A stretch of 27,147 bases of DNA from a virus (lineage: Duplodnaviria > Caudoviricetes): positions 1-27,147 of the IMG/VR virus record IMGVR_UViG_3300010052_000177, one strand, 5' to 3'. Under the pieces are notes generated by a model. That model saw only the letters and a list, made by a program, of their open reading frames with translations. It was not told where the DNA came from and ran no database searches. Shown here in pieces: positions 18,599 through 25,971 of this stretch; the first letter of the stretch is position 1, and the number at the start of each line of letters is the position of its first letter. Made by a program: the position numbers and the translations under genes.

Positions 18599-20104
18599 TC
18601 ATATTCTGATCCTTCCACCGGTGGCGGGCGCAGGAGGTCCGGGCAACTGCACCATGCCGGGCTTCGGCGGCGGGGTTTGTTCAACCAGCTTCTTGATCCA
18701 TGGGCGGGACATGCAGGCGTAGCGGACCATGTCGGCCGCGTGGTCTTCCTGCGATGTGTCAAGGTCTTCCGGGTTGGTCTGGTCGTGCTGCAGCGATGGC
18801 AGCGTTCGGATTACGTGAATGCAGGTGCTGAAGAAGAACAGCAGTGCCCGCCCTTCTTCATCTCCGTTCAGTCGGCTGCGCAGTTGGTCCCAGCCGCCCA
18901 TTGCACCACGACCAGGCGTGCGCTTGTTGTCGGCTCGAGTGAAGGTTACGCCCTCGCCGTTCTCGCCCTTGGCCATGCGCTCAGCGATCGATGGGCCGCC
19001 GTCCTGGCTGAACGCTGCCGGATCGAGCACGCCATATGCGATGGCATCGCCGTAATCCCTTAGCCTGACACCCGCGCCGACGGCCTCGGCATGAAGCTTT
19101 TGGCCGGTGTCCGGAATGAACTTGCCTTGTGCGTCGGTCTTCACCCCGTACCATTCGCGGTACATCACCAGCGCGCCACGCGGGATCACCACGCCGGGGC
19201 CGGCAGTAGTGTCTTCCGAGGCAACCGCGAACCAGCCGAAGGCAAAAGGCTTGGCGCTGCCCCAGTCACCGGCCCGGAACCTGATCCAGTGTTCTGGGAT
19301 CGCAAATGGCCGAATGACATGGCGCTCTCGGCGGAAGTTGTCGAAGTAAGCGCCCTCGACGATGTCCCAATCGCCATGACGCATTGCCCGGACGAGGCTT
19401 TCCGACCCCAGGCCGTGAAGACGATCCTCATATTCAGGATCGTTGTCGTTCATCGCCGGGTTGTCTTCGAGCTTCGCCGGGATGTACTGGCGCAGCATGC
19501 CGCCCTCAGTCTTGGGCGCCCTGTAGACCTTGTATGCGACCGCGCCGTCGATGAACGTGGCTTTGACGAACTGATGCCCGATGCCGCCCGGATTGCCGCT
19601 GCACAGGATGCGCGGGAAACGGCCCTTGTACTTCTCGGGCACCTCGATACCGACCATGCGCACGCGGCCGCGCAGGTAGCGGTAAATCTTGTCGGTGAAG
19701 TGCGTCAGCTCGTCGATCAGTAGGACGTGGATTTCGGCGCCCTGGTACTTGAACCGGTCCTTTTCATCCTTGCAGTGGCAGAGATAAATCTTGCTACCGT
19801 TCCAGAACCTGATTTCGTCCTCAACGATGGTGACGAAACCGCAGGCGACCCAGCCGGCGAGCAGCGCTCGAAAGCCGTTTGGGCCCTCCATATGGTTCTT
19901 GACCAGATCCCCACCGATACGACGGAACAGATAGACCTGAAGGCCAGGAATCTCGGTGCACCACGTAACTGCCGCCGACCGTATCAGGTGGCTCTTGCCG
20001 CCTCCTGCCGCGCCGCCGAAGAAGGTTTCCGTTGCCTCGGTGTTGAATGCCACGCCCTGCTTGGGATGCAGGACGAGATCAAGAGTTGCCGCTGACTGAG
20101 ACAT
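18599..20104 (-). CDS. terL: Terminase large subunit
   Basis: Walker A GGAAGGGKS, Walker B LLIDELTHF, coupling motif SGNPGG, nuclease DWGS and EDHAADMVRY. Confidence 0.95.
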   Translation of the reverse strand: MSQSAATLDLVLHPKQGVAFNTEATETFFGGAAGGGKSHLIRSAAVTWCTEIPGLQVYLFRRIGGDLVKNHMEGPNGFRALLAGWVACGFVTIVEDEIRFWNGSKIYLCHCKDEKDRFKYQGAEIHVLLIDELTHFTDKIYRYLRGRVRMVGIEVPEKYKGRFPRILCSGNPGGIGHQFVKATFIDGAVAYKVYRAPKTEGGMLRQYIPAKLEDNPAMNDNDPEYEDRLHGLGSESLVRAMRHGDWDIVEGAYFDNFRRERHVIRPFAIPEHWIRFRAGDWGSAKPFAFGWFAVASEDTTAGPGVVIPRGALVMYREWYGVKTDAQGKFIPDTGQKLHAEAVGAGVRLRDYGDAIAYGVLDPAAFSQDGGPSIAERMAKGENGEGVTFTRADNKRTPGRGAMGGWDQLRSRLNGDEEGRALLFFFSTCIHVIRTLPSLQHDQTNPEDLDTSQEDHAADMVRYACMSRPWIKKLVEQTPPPKPGMVQLPGPPAPATGGRIRI

Positions 20105-20540
20105 TGAGCACCGGAACCAACGGCGCGCCGTCCTTGCCGGTCAGTTCGGATTTGTCAGCCAGACCCAGCTCGCGGGCGATGATGTTCGCATTCAGAAGCT
20201 CAGCCGCAGCCCCCTCAAACTTCTGGGTGCGAATGATGTCGTCTACCTGCGCGGTGATGCCAACAAAACCTTCCCGCTCTCGGTAGAGGTCCCATGCTTG
20301 GCGCGAGATATCGAGGAAGATGCACAGGCCCGAAATCGTCATGGCCCGCATCTTGGCTATCCTCTCGACCTTCACGTCGCCCTGATAGGCGAAGGGCCGT
20401 GCCTCATATAGCGGGTTTGCTTCGACCCAATCGAAGTACTCGGTGCACGCTTCCCACAGTGCATCTGCGGTGGCGAAGATCGGGGCGCGGCCGTGGGAGC
20501 TGCGAACCTTCCAGAACTGGTTACCTGATGGTGCGGGCAT
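20079..20540 (-). CDS. terS: Terminase small subunit, P22 gp3-like
   Basis: GNQFWKVRSSHGR, CTEYFDWVEANPL, AKMRAMTISGL, QKFEGAAAELLNANIIARELGL closely follow P22 gp3. Confidence 0.93.
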   Translation of the reverse strand: MPAPSGNQFWKVRSSHGRAPIFATADALWEACTEYFDWVEANPLYEARPFAYQGDVKVERIAKMRAMTISGLCIFLDISRQAWDLYREREGFVGITAQVDDIIRTQKFEGAAAELLNANIIARELGLADKSELTGKDGAPLVPVLNVSVSGNS

Positions 20541-20621
20541 ATGTGTTCCTCTCGCCGGTTTGAGCGGTCGATTGGCGCGGCAGTTGCATTGCGAGTGGAC
20601 GGTCTTGATATGGCCTCATGC

Positions 20622-20679
20622 TGTGAACTATTTTTCACACCCTGTTGACAAACCGGGCAACTGTGAATTATAGTTCACA
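20622..20679 (+). promoter_or_regulatory. TA promoter with two palindromic operators
   Basis: TTGACA 20645-50, 18 bp, TATAGT 20669-74, ATG at 20681 (probably leaderless). TGTGAA-N6-TTCACA at 20622-39 and 20662-79. Confidence 0.85.
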
Positions 20680-20680
20680 C

Positions 20681-20971
20681 ATGATCGAAGTTCGCCAAAC
20701 ACCAGAATTCAAAGAATGGCTCGACGGCCTGAAGGATCAGCGCGCACAGGAGCGCATCGCTATCCGGATCGTTCGGCTGCAGTCGGGCCTGATCGGCGAT
20801 GCCAAGTACTTCGACGGCATTGGCGAGCTTCGTATTGACTACGGCCCCGGCTACCGCGTCTATTTCGTCAAGCGTGGCAATGAGGTGGTGATCTTGTTGT
20901 GCGGTGGCGACAAGTCGAAGCAGAGCAAGGACATCAAGCGGGCGATCCGCATGTCACAGGAGGTCAAATGA
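20681..20971 (+). CDS. higB: RelE/ParE-superfamily toxin (HigB / addiction module killer, HI1419-type)
   Basis: FKEWLDGLKD..GIGELRIDYGPGYRVYF..ILLCGGDKSKQSKDI. Confidence 0.92.
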   Translation: MIEVRQTPEFKEWLDGLKDQRAQERIAIRIVRLQSGLIGDAKYFDGIGELRIDYGPGYRVYFVKRGNEVVILLCGGDKSKQSKDIKRAIRMSQEVK

Positions 20972-21270
20972 CCATAGAAACCCTACCCTTTGACGCAGCG
21001 GCCTATCTGGCAAGCCCCGAGGCGCAAGCGGAACTTATCGCTGACGCTCTACACACCGGAGACGCCGCCTATATCGCGAACGCTATCGGTGTTGTCGCTC
21101 GTGCCCGAGGTATGAGCCAGATTGCCAGAGACGCAGGCGTAACCCGCGAAGCCCTCTACAAGGCGCTCAGCCCTACCGGCGACCCTCGACTGTCAACCTT
21201 CCTGGGCGTGATGAAAGCGCTCAACATGGAAGTCACGGCGAAGCCGGTTGAGGACGCGCTGGCCGAATAA
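20968..21270 (+). CDS. higA: HTH antitoxin (addiction module antidote, HI1420-type)
   Basis: ATGA overlap. FDAAAYL..ARARGMSQIARDAGVTREALYKALSPTGDPRLST. Confidence 0.92.
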   Translation: MTIETLPFDAAAYLASPEAQAELIADALHTGDAAYIANAIGVVARARGMSQIARDAGVTREALYKALSPTGDPRLSTFLGVMKALNMEVTAKPVEDALAE

Positions 21271-21292
21271 GTCTGCTGGCTTACCGCGTTCT

Positions 21293-21383
21293 GCGGAATT
21301 CCGCGGAAACCCGAAGGAAACCCGCCGCATAAGCAATGCACGTGCAATGCATGTGCATTGCCGTGGCATAGCTGTAGCAATGC
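21293..21383. repeat. Helically phased short-repeat array
   Basis: Palindrome GCGGAATTCCGC 21293-304. GGAAACCCG at 21305 and 21316. GCAWWGC at 21333, 21344, 21355, 21366, 21377 (exact 11-bp period). Confidence 0.85.
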
Positions 21384-21398
21384 TAGCCCTGCCCTCTG

Positions 21399-21431
21399 AA
21401 AACAGAAAACCCGCCTGTGGGGCGGGTCTTT
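21399..21431 (-). terminator. Intrinsic terminator just downstream of the late promoter (possibly bidirectional)
   Basis: Minus strand ACCCGCC-CCACA-GGCGGGT then TTTCTGTTTT. Plus strand followed by CTTT. Confidence 0.85.
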
Positions 21432-21456
21432 GGATGCAGTTCTGCAAACTAGGCAG

Positions 21457-21485
21457 AACATAAGGGGTTTCGTTACATGTGTCAA
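21457..21485 (-). promoter_or_regulatory. Late (pR'-like) sigma70 promoter
   Basis: TTGACA (21485-80), 17 bp, TATGTT (21462-57). Points to the terminase operon, 20 bp after the late regulator stop. Confidence 0.8.
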
Positions 21486-21505
21486 CGCAACGTTCCCGCG
21501 CGATA

Positions 21506-22177
21506 TCACATGAAATCGAAGTGCCTTGCGCACAATCGCAGATGATGCTGCAATATAATCGACATTTCTCGTTCTTGGACGCCGTATTTTTGCGCAATCT
21601 CGGCAGCCGTGTGTCCATTCACACAGTAGTCAATGAGCTGCGCTGATGGCGCTAAACCGAGCACACCCCGAAACCCGGTGAGTCTGTCTAGAGCGGCAAC
21701 CCGGCCGTCGCCTATGCCGGCGGCGTATCCCGACCTGGTGCCCCGCAGGAAGTTCGCCGAGCTTGCTATTGTCATCCCTGCCCGCTCCCAGAGGGTTGCG
21801 AGATGTGAACCGGCATGGAAAAGGGCGTCCTGCTTGTTTCGCCCATATCGCCATTCGAACGATCCGGGCCGGCAGCGGAACAACTGACGTTCGGCACGAT
21901 CCGCCGAAATCTTTACGTTGACCTTCGTGACCCTTGCCCCGTCCTTGCCGCCGTCCGCATCCTGGAGCTTGGCGATACGCCGCCGTTGTGGCGCTGTCTC
22001 AGACACAACCCGTTCGCGTTGTTCGGCACGCTCCCACACCGCGCTAACCCGTGTGTCCTCCACGGGCGCGCTAGTCGCGGCTTCCGAACGGCTTTTCCGG
22101 CGCCGGCGGGCCTCAGCAAGGTTGATGCGCTTGCCGCCGTCTACCCGTACCGATGGGAGAACCTTCTTGCCCTTCAA
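21506..22177 (-). CDS. DUF6456-like late transcription regulator / antiterminator
   Basis: AGSHLATLWERAG..AALDRL..LG..LIDYCVNG..EIA..LRLCARHF pattern with C-terminal HTH. Q-gene position. Start uncertain (TTG). Confidence 0.7.
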   Translation of the reverse strand: MKGKKVLPSVRVDGGKRINLAEARRRRKSRSEAATSAPVEDTRVSAVWERAEQRERVVSETAPQRRRIAKLQDADGGKDGARVTKVNVKISADRAERQLFRCRPGSFEWRYGRNKQDALFHAGSHLATLWERAGMTIASSANFLRGTRSGYAAGIGDGRVAALDRLTGFRGVLGLAPSAQLIDYCVNGHTAAEIAQKYGVQEREMSIILQHHLRLCARHFDFM

Positions 22178-23241
22178 GCAACCTTCCTTTCGATGAACAC
22201 GACGTCGGGGTCGTTCGCCGGCGGAAGCGCTGTATGCGTGCCCTCTGGCACGACCACATTTGCGTAGTGTAGGCCGACAAAGCTGTCGCTGCGAAATAGG
22301 ACTTGGCGACCGTCAACGCTGATTTCGAACCTGGCGAATGGCGTATTCGGCCTATTCCCCCAACGGTGCAGCAACAGAAGGTTTTTTCGGGCAAAGAACC
22401 GCTGCCCGTCATCGATGCTTGCCAATGTTGCCAGCATGCTCCGCATCGCTCGCGCGACCATTCGCCCACGTTTTAGGATCTCGTCCGTCGCGGGGTGCTC
22501 AGGCGTGGTCGGCGACCAGTCCGGCAGTGGCTGCGCGGCATCAGTCAGTGCAGTTTGCAGGTGGCGAACGTCGCGCTTCACATCGTAACCATAGGCCAGG
22601 AATTTCAGACCACTCGCCCGGCCGATTGACTTTCGTTGGATGACGGCATTTCCGGTTCGGTCCTTCATGCCCAAGTCAGCGTCGATGAATAGCTCACCGT
22701 TGGTCTGGGCGAGTTCCCTTTGCAGAAACTCGCAGTACCCCTTTGCCTGCTCGTCAAGCTGGTCCCGCACGAATTGCAGGTCCGCAGCTATCTTTGCCAT
22801 TCGGGCGACAAACTGGGCTAGCGCTTCGCGCCTCGCGCCGATTTCCTGCCATGTGTCGAAGTAATCACGGCACGCCTGCTGCCGGCGGAACAACCTTTCC
22901 GCATGGCGAAAGTTCTCTCCGTAGTGCGTGGCTGCGCATTGATGCCCTACGAACCGCACCGTTTTTTCATCGGGGAAATAGGCCATGCGCCCGCGAATGA
23001 ACTTTGGCGAGCCAGGCGCACAGAACGAACATGGCACTCGCTCGCCGCCAGGCCGAAGCATGACCGGCACGGTGATTTCCTCGGACAACAGAACGATGTT
23101 GTCATGCTGCGTCGGCCGGCTGGTCGACACGCACTCAAAATCTTCGGGGCGACCAGTCGTAGCGGTGTGCTGACGCCACCGCTCGAGATAGTCATCGCTC
23201 GGTTGCCCCTCGAATACCGGATGGTGAGCCAGATCCATCAT
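22174..23241 (-). CDS. Hypothetical protein with putative Zn-binding motif
   Basis: 355 aa, coupled at both ends. CSFC..VGHQC..H then long helices. Confidence 0.75.
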   Translation of the reverse strand: MMDLAHHPVFEGQPSDDYLERWRQHTATTGRPEDFECVSTSRPTQHDNIVLLSEEITVPVMLRPGGERVPCSFCAPGSPKFIRGRMAYFPDEKTVRFVGHQCAATHYGENFRHAERLFRRQQACRDYFDTWQEIGARREALAQFVARMAKIAADLQFVRDQLDEQAKGYCEFLQRELAQTNGELFIDADLGMKDRTGNAVIQRKSIGRASGLKFLAYGYDVKRDVRHLQTALTDAAQPLPDWSPTTPEHPATDEILKRGRMVARAMRSMLATLASIDDGQRFFARKNLLLLHRWGNRPNTPFARFEISVDGRQVLFRSDSFVGLHYANVVVPEGTHTALPPANDPDVVFIERKVA

Positions 23242-23853
23242 GCCGCGGCCTCCAGCATCAGGTTCCGGTAATCGGCGGCGATATCGGCCGGCACGATTTG
23301 GAACTCGAGCCCGGCAACTTTCCCCTTCGCGAATTGCTCAATTGTTAACCAAACGCCGCTGACGAACTCACCACTCGTCATCTGCAGCGGCTTACCCCTC
23401 ACAGGCTTCTGTAGGAGAAACACCTCTTGAGTTCGGCCATCGATCGACCCAAAGTTATAGAAGCCTGGGTACTCGGCGGATGGCCACAAAATGGCGATGG
23501 GCTCTTTCGAGGCGTCATCGAAATTGTCGGTAGAAATCACCAACACCTCGTCGCCAACTGGCAGACAAAAGTCTGCCAGCAGTTGCAGTGATGCCCCCGA
23601 TAGCCGACACGGTTTCGGCTTTCAGGCCTGAGCGTGCGAGCCTCATCAGGTGCTGCGACCATCTTTCGCCGACGCCAGCGCGATCCAGCAGGGGCAACCA
23701 TTCGCCATGCCTGCATTTGTCTTTCGCCCGGCAAAGCAGCCGTCCGGTTTCAAGCGCCTTCTTTGCTGTCATGCTCTGCGCCGCGCTGAACGCCGCGTGG
23801 CTCTCTTTGATCCGCTCGGCCAAGTCGGCCAGACTGTTCGTCAAAATAGTCAT
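23238..23853 (-). pseudogene. DUF3102-like protein split over two frames (23515-23853 and 23238 to about 23620)
   Basis: GRLLCRAKDKCRHGEWLPLL..ERWSQHLMRLA is DUF3102-like. The downstream frame is open across the overlap (LQLLADFCLPVGDEVLVIS). Could be two separate genes. Confidence 0.55.
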
Positions 23854-24134
23854 GCTGCACCTCCACCACCCTCGACATGCAGGCGCCGGCAAAGCTCGAC
23901 CTGCACTGCGCCAAAGAATTCGCGCAGCTCCTGTTCGATGACGGGTGTGGCCAGCCCCGATTTCTGCATCTGAGAGGCCATGCCGTCGACGATCTGCTGC
24001 CAGTACTGATCGGCGCTCTTTCCGCGCCGATCACCGAGCACGTCGGCCACCCGACGGATTTTCCCCACCCGATACCTTGCCGGAAACGGGACGATGGCAG
24101 CCCCGCGGTCAGTTGCGCTTGCCAGGCGGGTCAT
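23850..24134 (-). CDS. DUF6074-like hypothetical protein
   Basis: IVPFPARYRVGKIRRVA..YWQQIV..ELREFFGAVQVEL. Confidence 0.7.
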   Translation of the reverse strand: MTRLASATDRGAAIVPFPARYRVGKIRRVADVLGDRRGKSADQYWQQIVDGMASQMQKSGLATPVIEQELREFFGAVQVELCRRLHVEGGGGAA

Positions 24135-24211
24135 GCACGCCTCCTGTTGATGATGGTCGCCCCGCTGCTCAGGGCTTTTTCCCGACTGCCCACCCAGAAT
24201 CTATAAAGGTG

Positions 24212-24327
24212 TTCGGAAACCCGAAATTTGCTGATCATTGATTTCATTCGGAAATTCTCCGTGGACTGCCATTGGCGACCCGGCGAATTTCGGCTTCCCG
24301 AAGCGGTCGGATTTCGGCTTCCCGAAG
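24212..24327. repeat. Iteron-like palindromic repeats (candidate origin)
   Basis: TTCGG-N4-CCGAA three times (24212, 24289, 24313). Exact 17-mer ATTTCGGCTTCCCGAAG at 24287 and 24311. Confidence 0.7.
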
Positions 24328-24846
24328 TGGGGTTTTCTTCTTTCGTCCGACCGACCCGCGCTTGTCGGCGTGTTGCTTTCGGATGGTTTCCGACCACGCG
24401 ACCGCCATTGCCTCGGTGCAGCGCAGCCATTCGTTTGTAGGGGGCGCCCCCTCGTGGTCGCCGAGCCAGGTAAGCCTGTAGACGTTGGGGTGCGACGTGC
24501 CGGCACCCGCCCGCCCCCTCCGGACTTTAACCAGTCCCTTGAAGGCCAGTTCATCGATGGCGTCGGCAACATATTCGCCGGAAACCCCATGCGCCTTAAA
24601 CTGCTGGTGGGTGACAATGAGTTGCCCATTGTGTAGCCCGCCATGAGCACAATGTTCGACCACCAGCCGCATTATGGCACGGACGGCATTGACGCTCAGG
24701 GAGCGGAACGCAACCGAGCACATGAAGTCTACGGTGAACCACCCCCAACCGTTTTGATCGGCTGGTGGCTTGTTGTGCTTCATCACCAGGTTGTAGGTCT
24801 TGCCGCGGCTCGTCCGGCTCTTGTCCTTGAAATCAATGGGGGTCAC
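24244..24846 (-). CDS. Winged-HTH putative replication initiator
   Basis: AFRSLSVNA..NGQLIVT..AIDELAFKGLV..GR..PNVYRLTW. Repeats in the 3' end (PLREAEIR twice). Confidence 0.65.
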   Translation of the reverse strand: MTPIDFKDKSRTSRGKTYNLVMKHNKPPADQNGWGWFTVDFMCSVAFRSLSVNAVRAIMRLVVEHCAHGGLHNGQLIVTHQQFKAHGVSGEYVADAIDELAFKGLVKVRRGRAGAGTSHPNVYRLTWLGDHEGAPPTNEWLRCTEAMAVAWSETIRKQHADKRGSVGRKKKTPLREAEIRPLREAEIRRVANGSPRRISE

Positions 24847-25046
24847 GACGCCCTCGCTTTGATCAAGGTAGCCTCACGGACTGCAGCAACGGCCTCCGAC
24901 AGTGTCAGACCGAACCGCTGGCGGAGATCTGGCACGATTGGGTGCGGAGGGTTCTTCTCGGTCGCAAGCCAAACGGCAGCGACCGCGACGTCGCGCGACG
25001 TCGCGCGACCGTCACGTGACTCTTTCTGCATTGTTTGCTGGCTCAT
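24843..25046 (-). CDS. Small hypothetical protein
   Basis: ATGA-coupled on both sides. AAVWLA..PIVPDLRQRFGL..EA pattern. Confidence 0.7.
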   Translation of the reverse strand: MSQQTMQKESRDGRATSRDVAVAAVWLATEKNPPHPIVPDLRQRFGLTLSEAVAAVREATLIKARAS

Positions 25047-25402
25047 GCGGCAGCGCGCCCCGCGCCATATTCGATGCTGATGGGGGTATGGAGCCGATAC
25101 CGGGCATGGCTGCCAGGAAACGGCCCGCCGTGCGTCTCGTGCTCTGTCTCAATCACCAGCCGGTGTTCGTGACGCAGCAGATAGACGAAGTGAGCGAGGC
25201 GTAGACCCGCCGGAAAGTCGGCTGCACTGCAGCCCCGTTGCCCGGCCTTGTGCAGTTCGTTCAGCGCCCAGCCGGCGCGGCCAGGAACGACGATGCGGCG
25301 TTCATGGACAGCGTCACCGGGATAAACGAGGACTGTGAGTTGAAACTTGCCCTTGCCAGAATTGAGTTGGCGGGCTGCGGGTTCCCTTGCTATGGAATCC
25401 AT
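25043..25402 (-). CDS. Winged-helix DNA-binding protein
   Basis: GRAGWAL..AGQRG..RLAHFVYLLR..IETEHETHGGPFPGSHARYRL. AAGGA RBS before ATG 25402; alternative start 25513. Confidence 0.75.
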   Translation of the reverse strand: MDSIAREPAARQLNSGKGKFQLTVLVYPGDAVHERRIVVPGRAGWALNELHKAGQRGCSAADFPAGLRLAHFVYLLRHEHRLVIETEHETHGGPFPGSHARYRLHTPISIEYGAGRAAA

Positions 25403-25509
25403 CGCGGTCCTTTTGGAATTTGGGGATAACAAATCTTCTCGGATCGAAGGGAGATGGGCGGTTGAGTTTGGCGACTGGCCGCTCATCTCTTCGCAGTTCG
25501 GGGGACGCC

Positions 25510-25734
25510 TCATGCAGCCTCCTGATCTCGAACAGCAATCTTTTCGGCGATCCAGGCTTCAACCTCGGACAGCAAAAACGCTTTCCGGGCGCCATCGTCA
25601 TCGCCACTCAGCCTAAGAGGCTTTGGGAACTTGCCCGCCTTAGACTTGAGGAAAATCGAAGACCTGCTGAGCGATGTGAGGCGGCAGGCTTCTTTGATAC
25701 TGATCAGCCGGAAGTCGCGGCTGTTTGTGTTCAT
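25510..25734 (-). CDS. alpA: AlpA-family regulator / excisionase
   Basis: RLISIKEACRLTSLSRSSIF..GKFPKPLRL..FLLSEVEAWI. Confidence 0.88.
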   Translation of the reverse strand: MNTNSRDFRLISIKEACRLTSLSRSSIFLKSKAGKFPKPLRLSGDDDGARKAFLLSEVEAWIAEKIAVRDQEAA

Positions 25735-25831
25735 GCGCAATGCCCTTTGTGTTGATTTGGCATTGCTAACAATACTGTTTCAGGGAGTCGCAACCAAGTC
25801 GATGCGACCCGTCCCAAACCCTATATGCCAG

Positions 25832-25899
25832 TTATCCACAGGCACGTAGGGCTAACTATCTGAAAATAATGATTTTTTTCTAACGAACCGAGTGGATAA
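25832..25899. promoter_or_regulatory. Two inverted DnaA boxes flanking an AT-rich tract
   Basis: TTATCCACA 25832-40 (perfect). Minus-strand TTATCCACT 25891-99 (one mismatch). TGAAAATAATGATTTTTTTCTAA between them. Confidence 0.55.
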
Positions 25900-25912
25900 A
25901 TCGCCGAGCTTT

Positions 25913-25927
25913 GTTCATGCTCAGTTC
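25913..25927. promoter_or_regulatory. Alphaproteobacterial LexA (SOS) box
   Basis: GTTC-ATGCTCA-GTTC matches GTTC-N7-GTTC, intergenic and upstream of the alpA operon. Confidence 0.65.
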
Positions 25928-25971
25928 CCGATATTGCCCCTTAATGTTCCGCCTCCGCCAAGTGCTTGTTT

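Noticed and set aside
20622-20679. TGTGA...TCACA as CRP/FNR-family sites
   Set aside because: Spacer is 8, not 6, and position over the TA promoter fits antitoxin operators.
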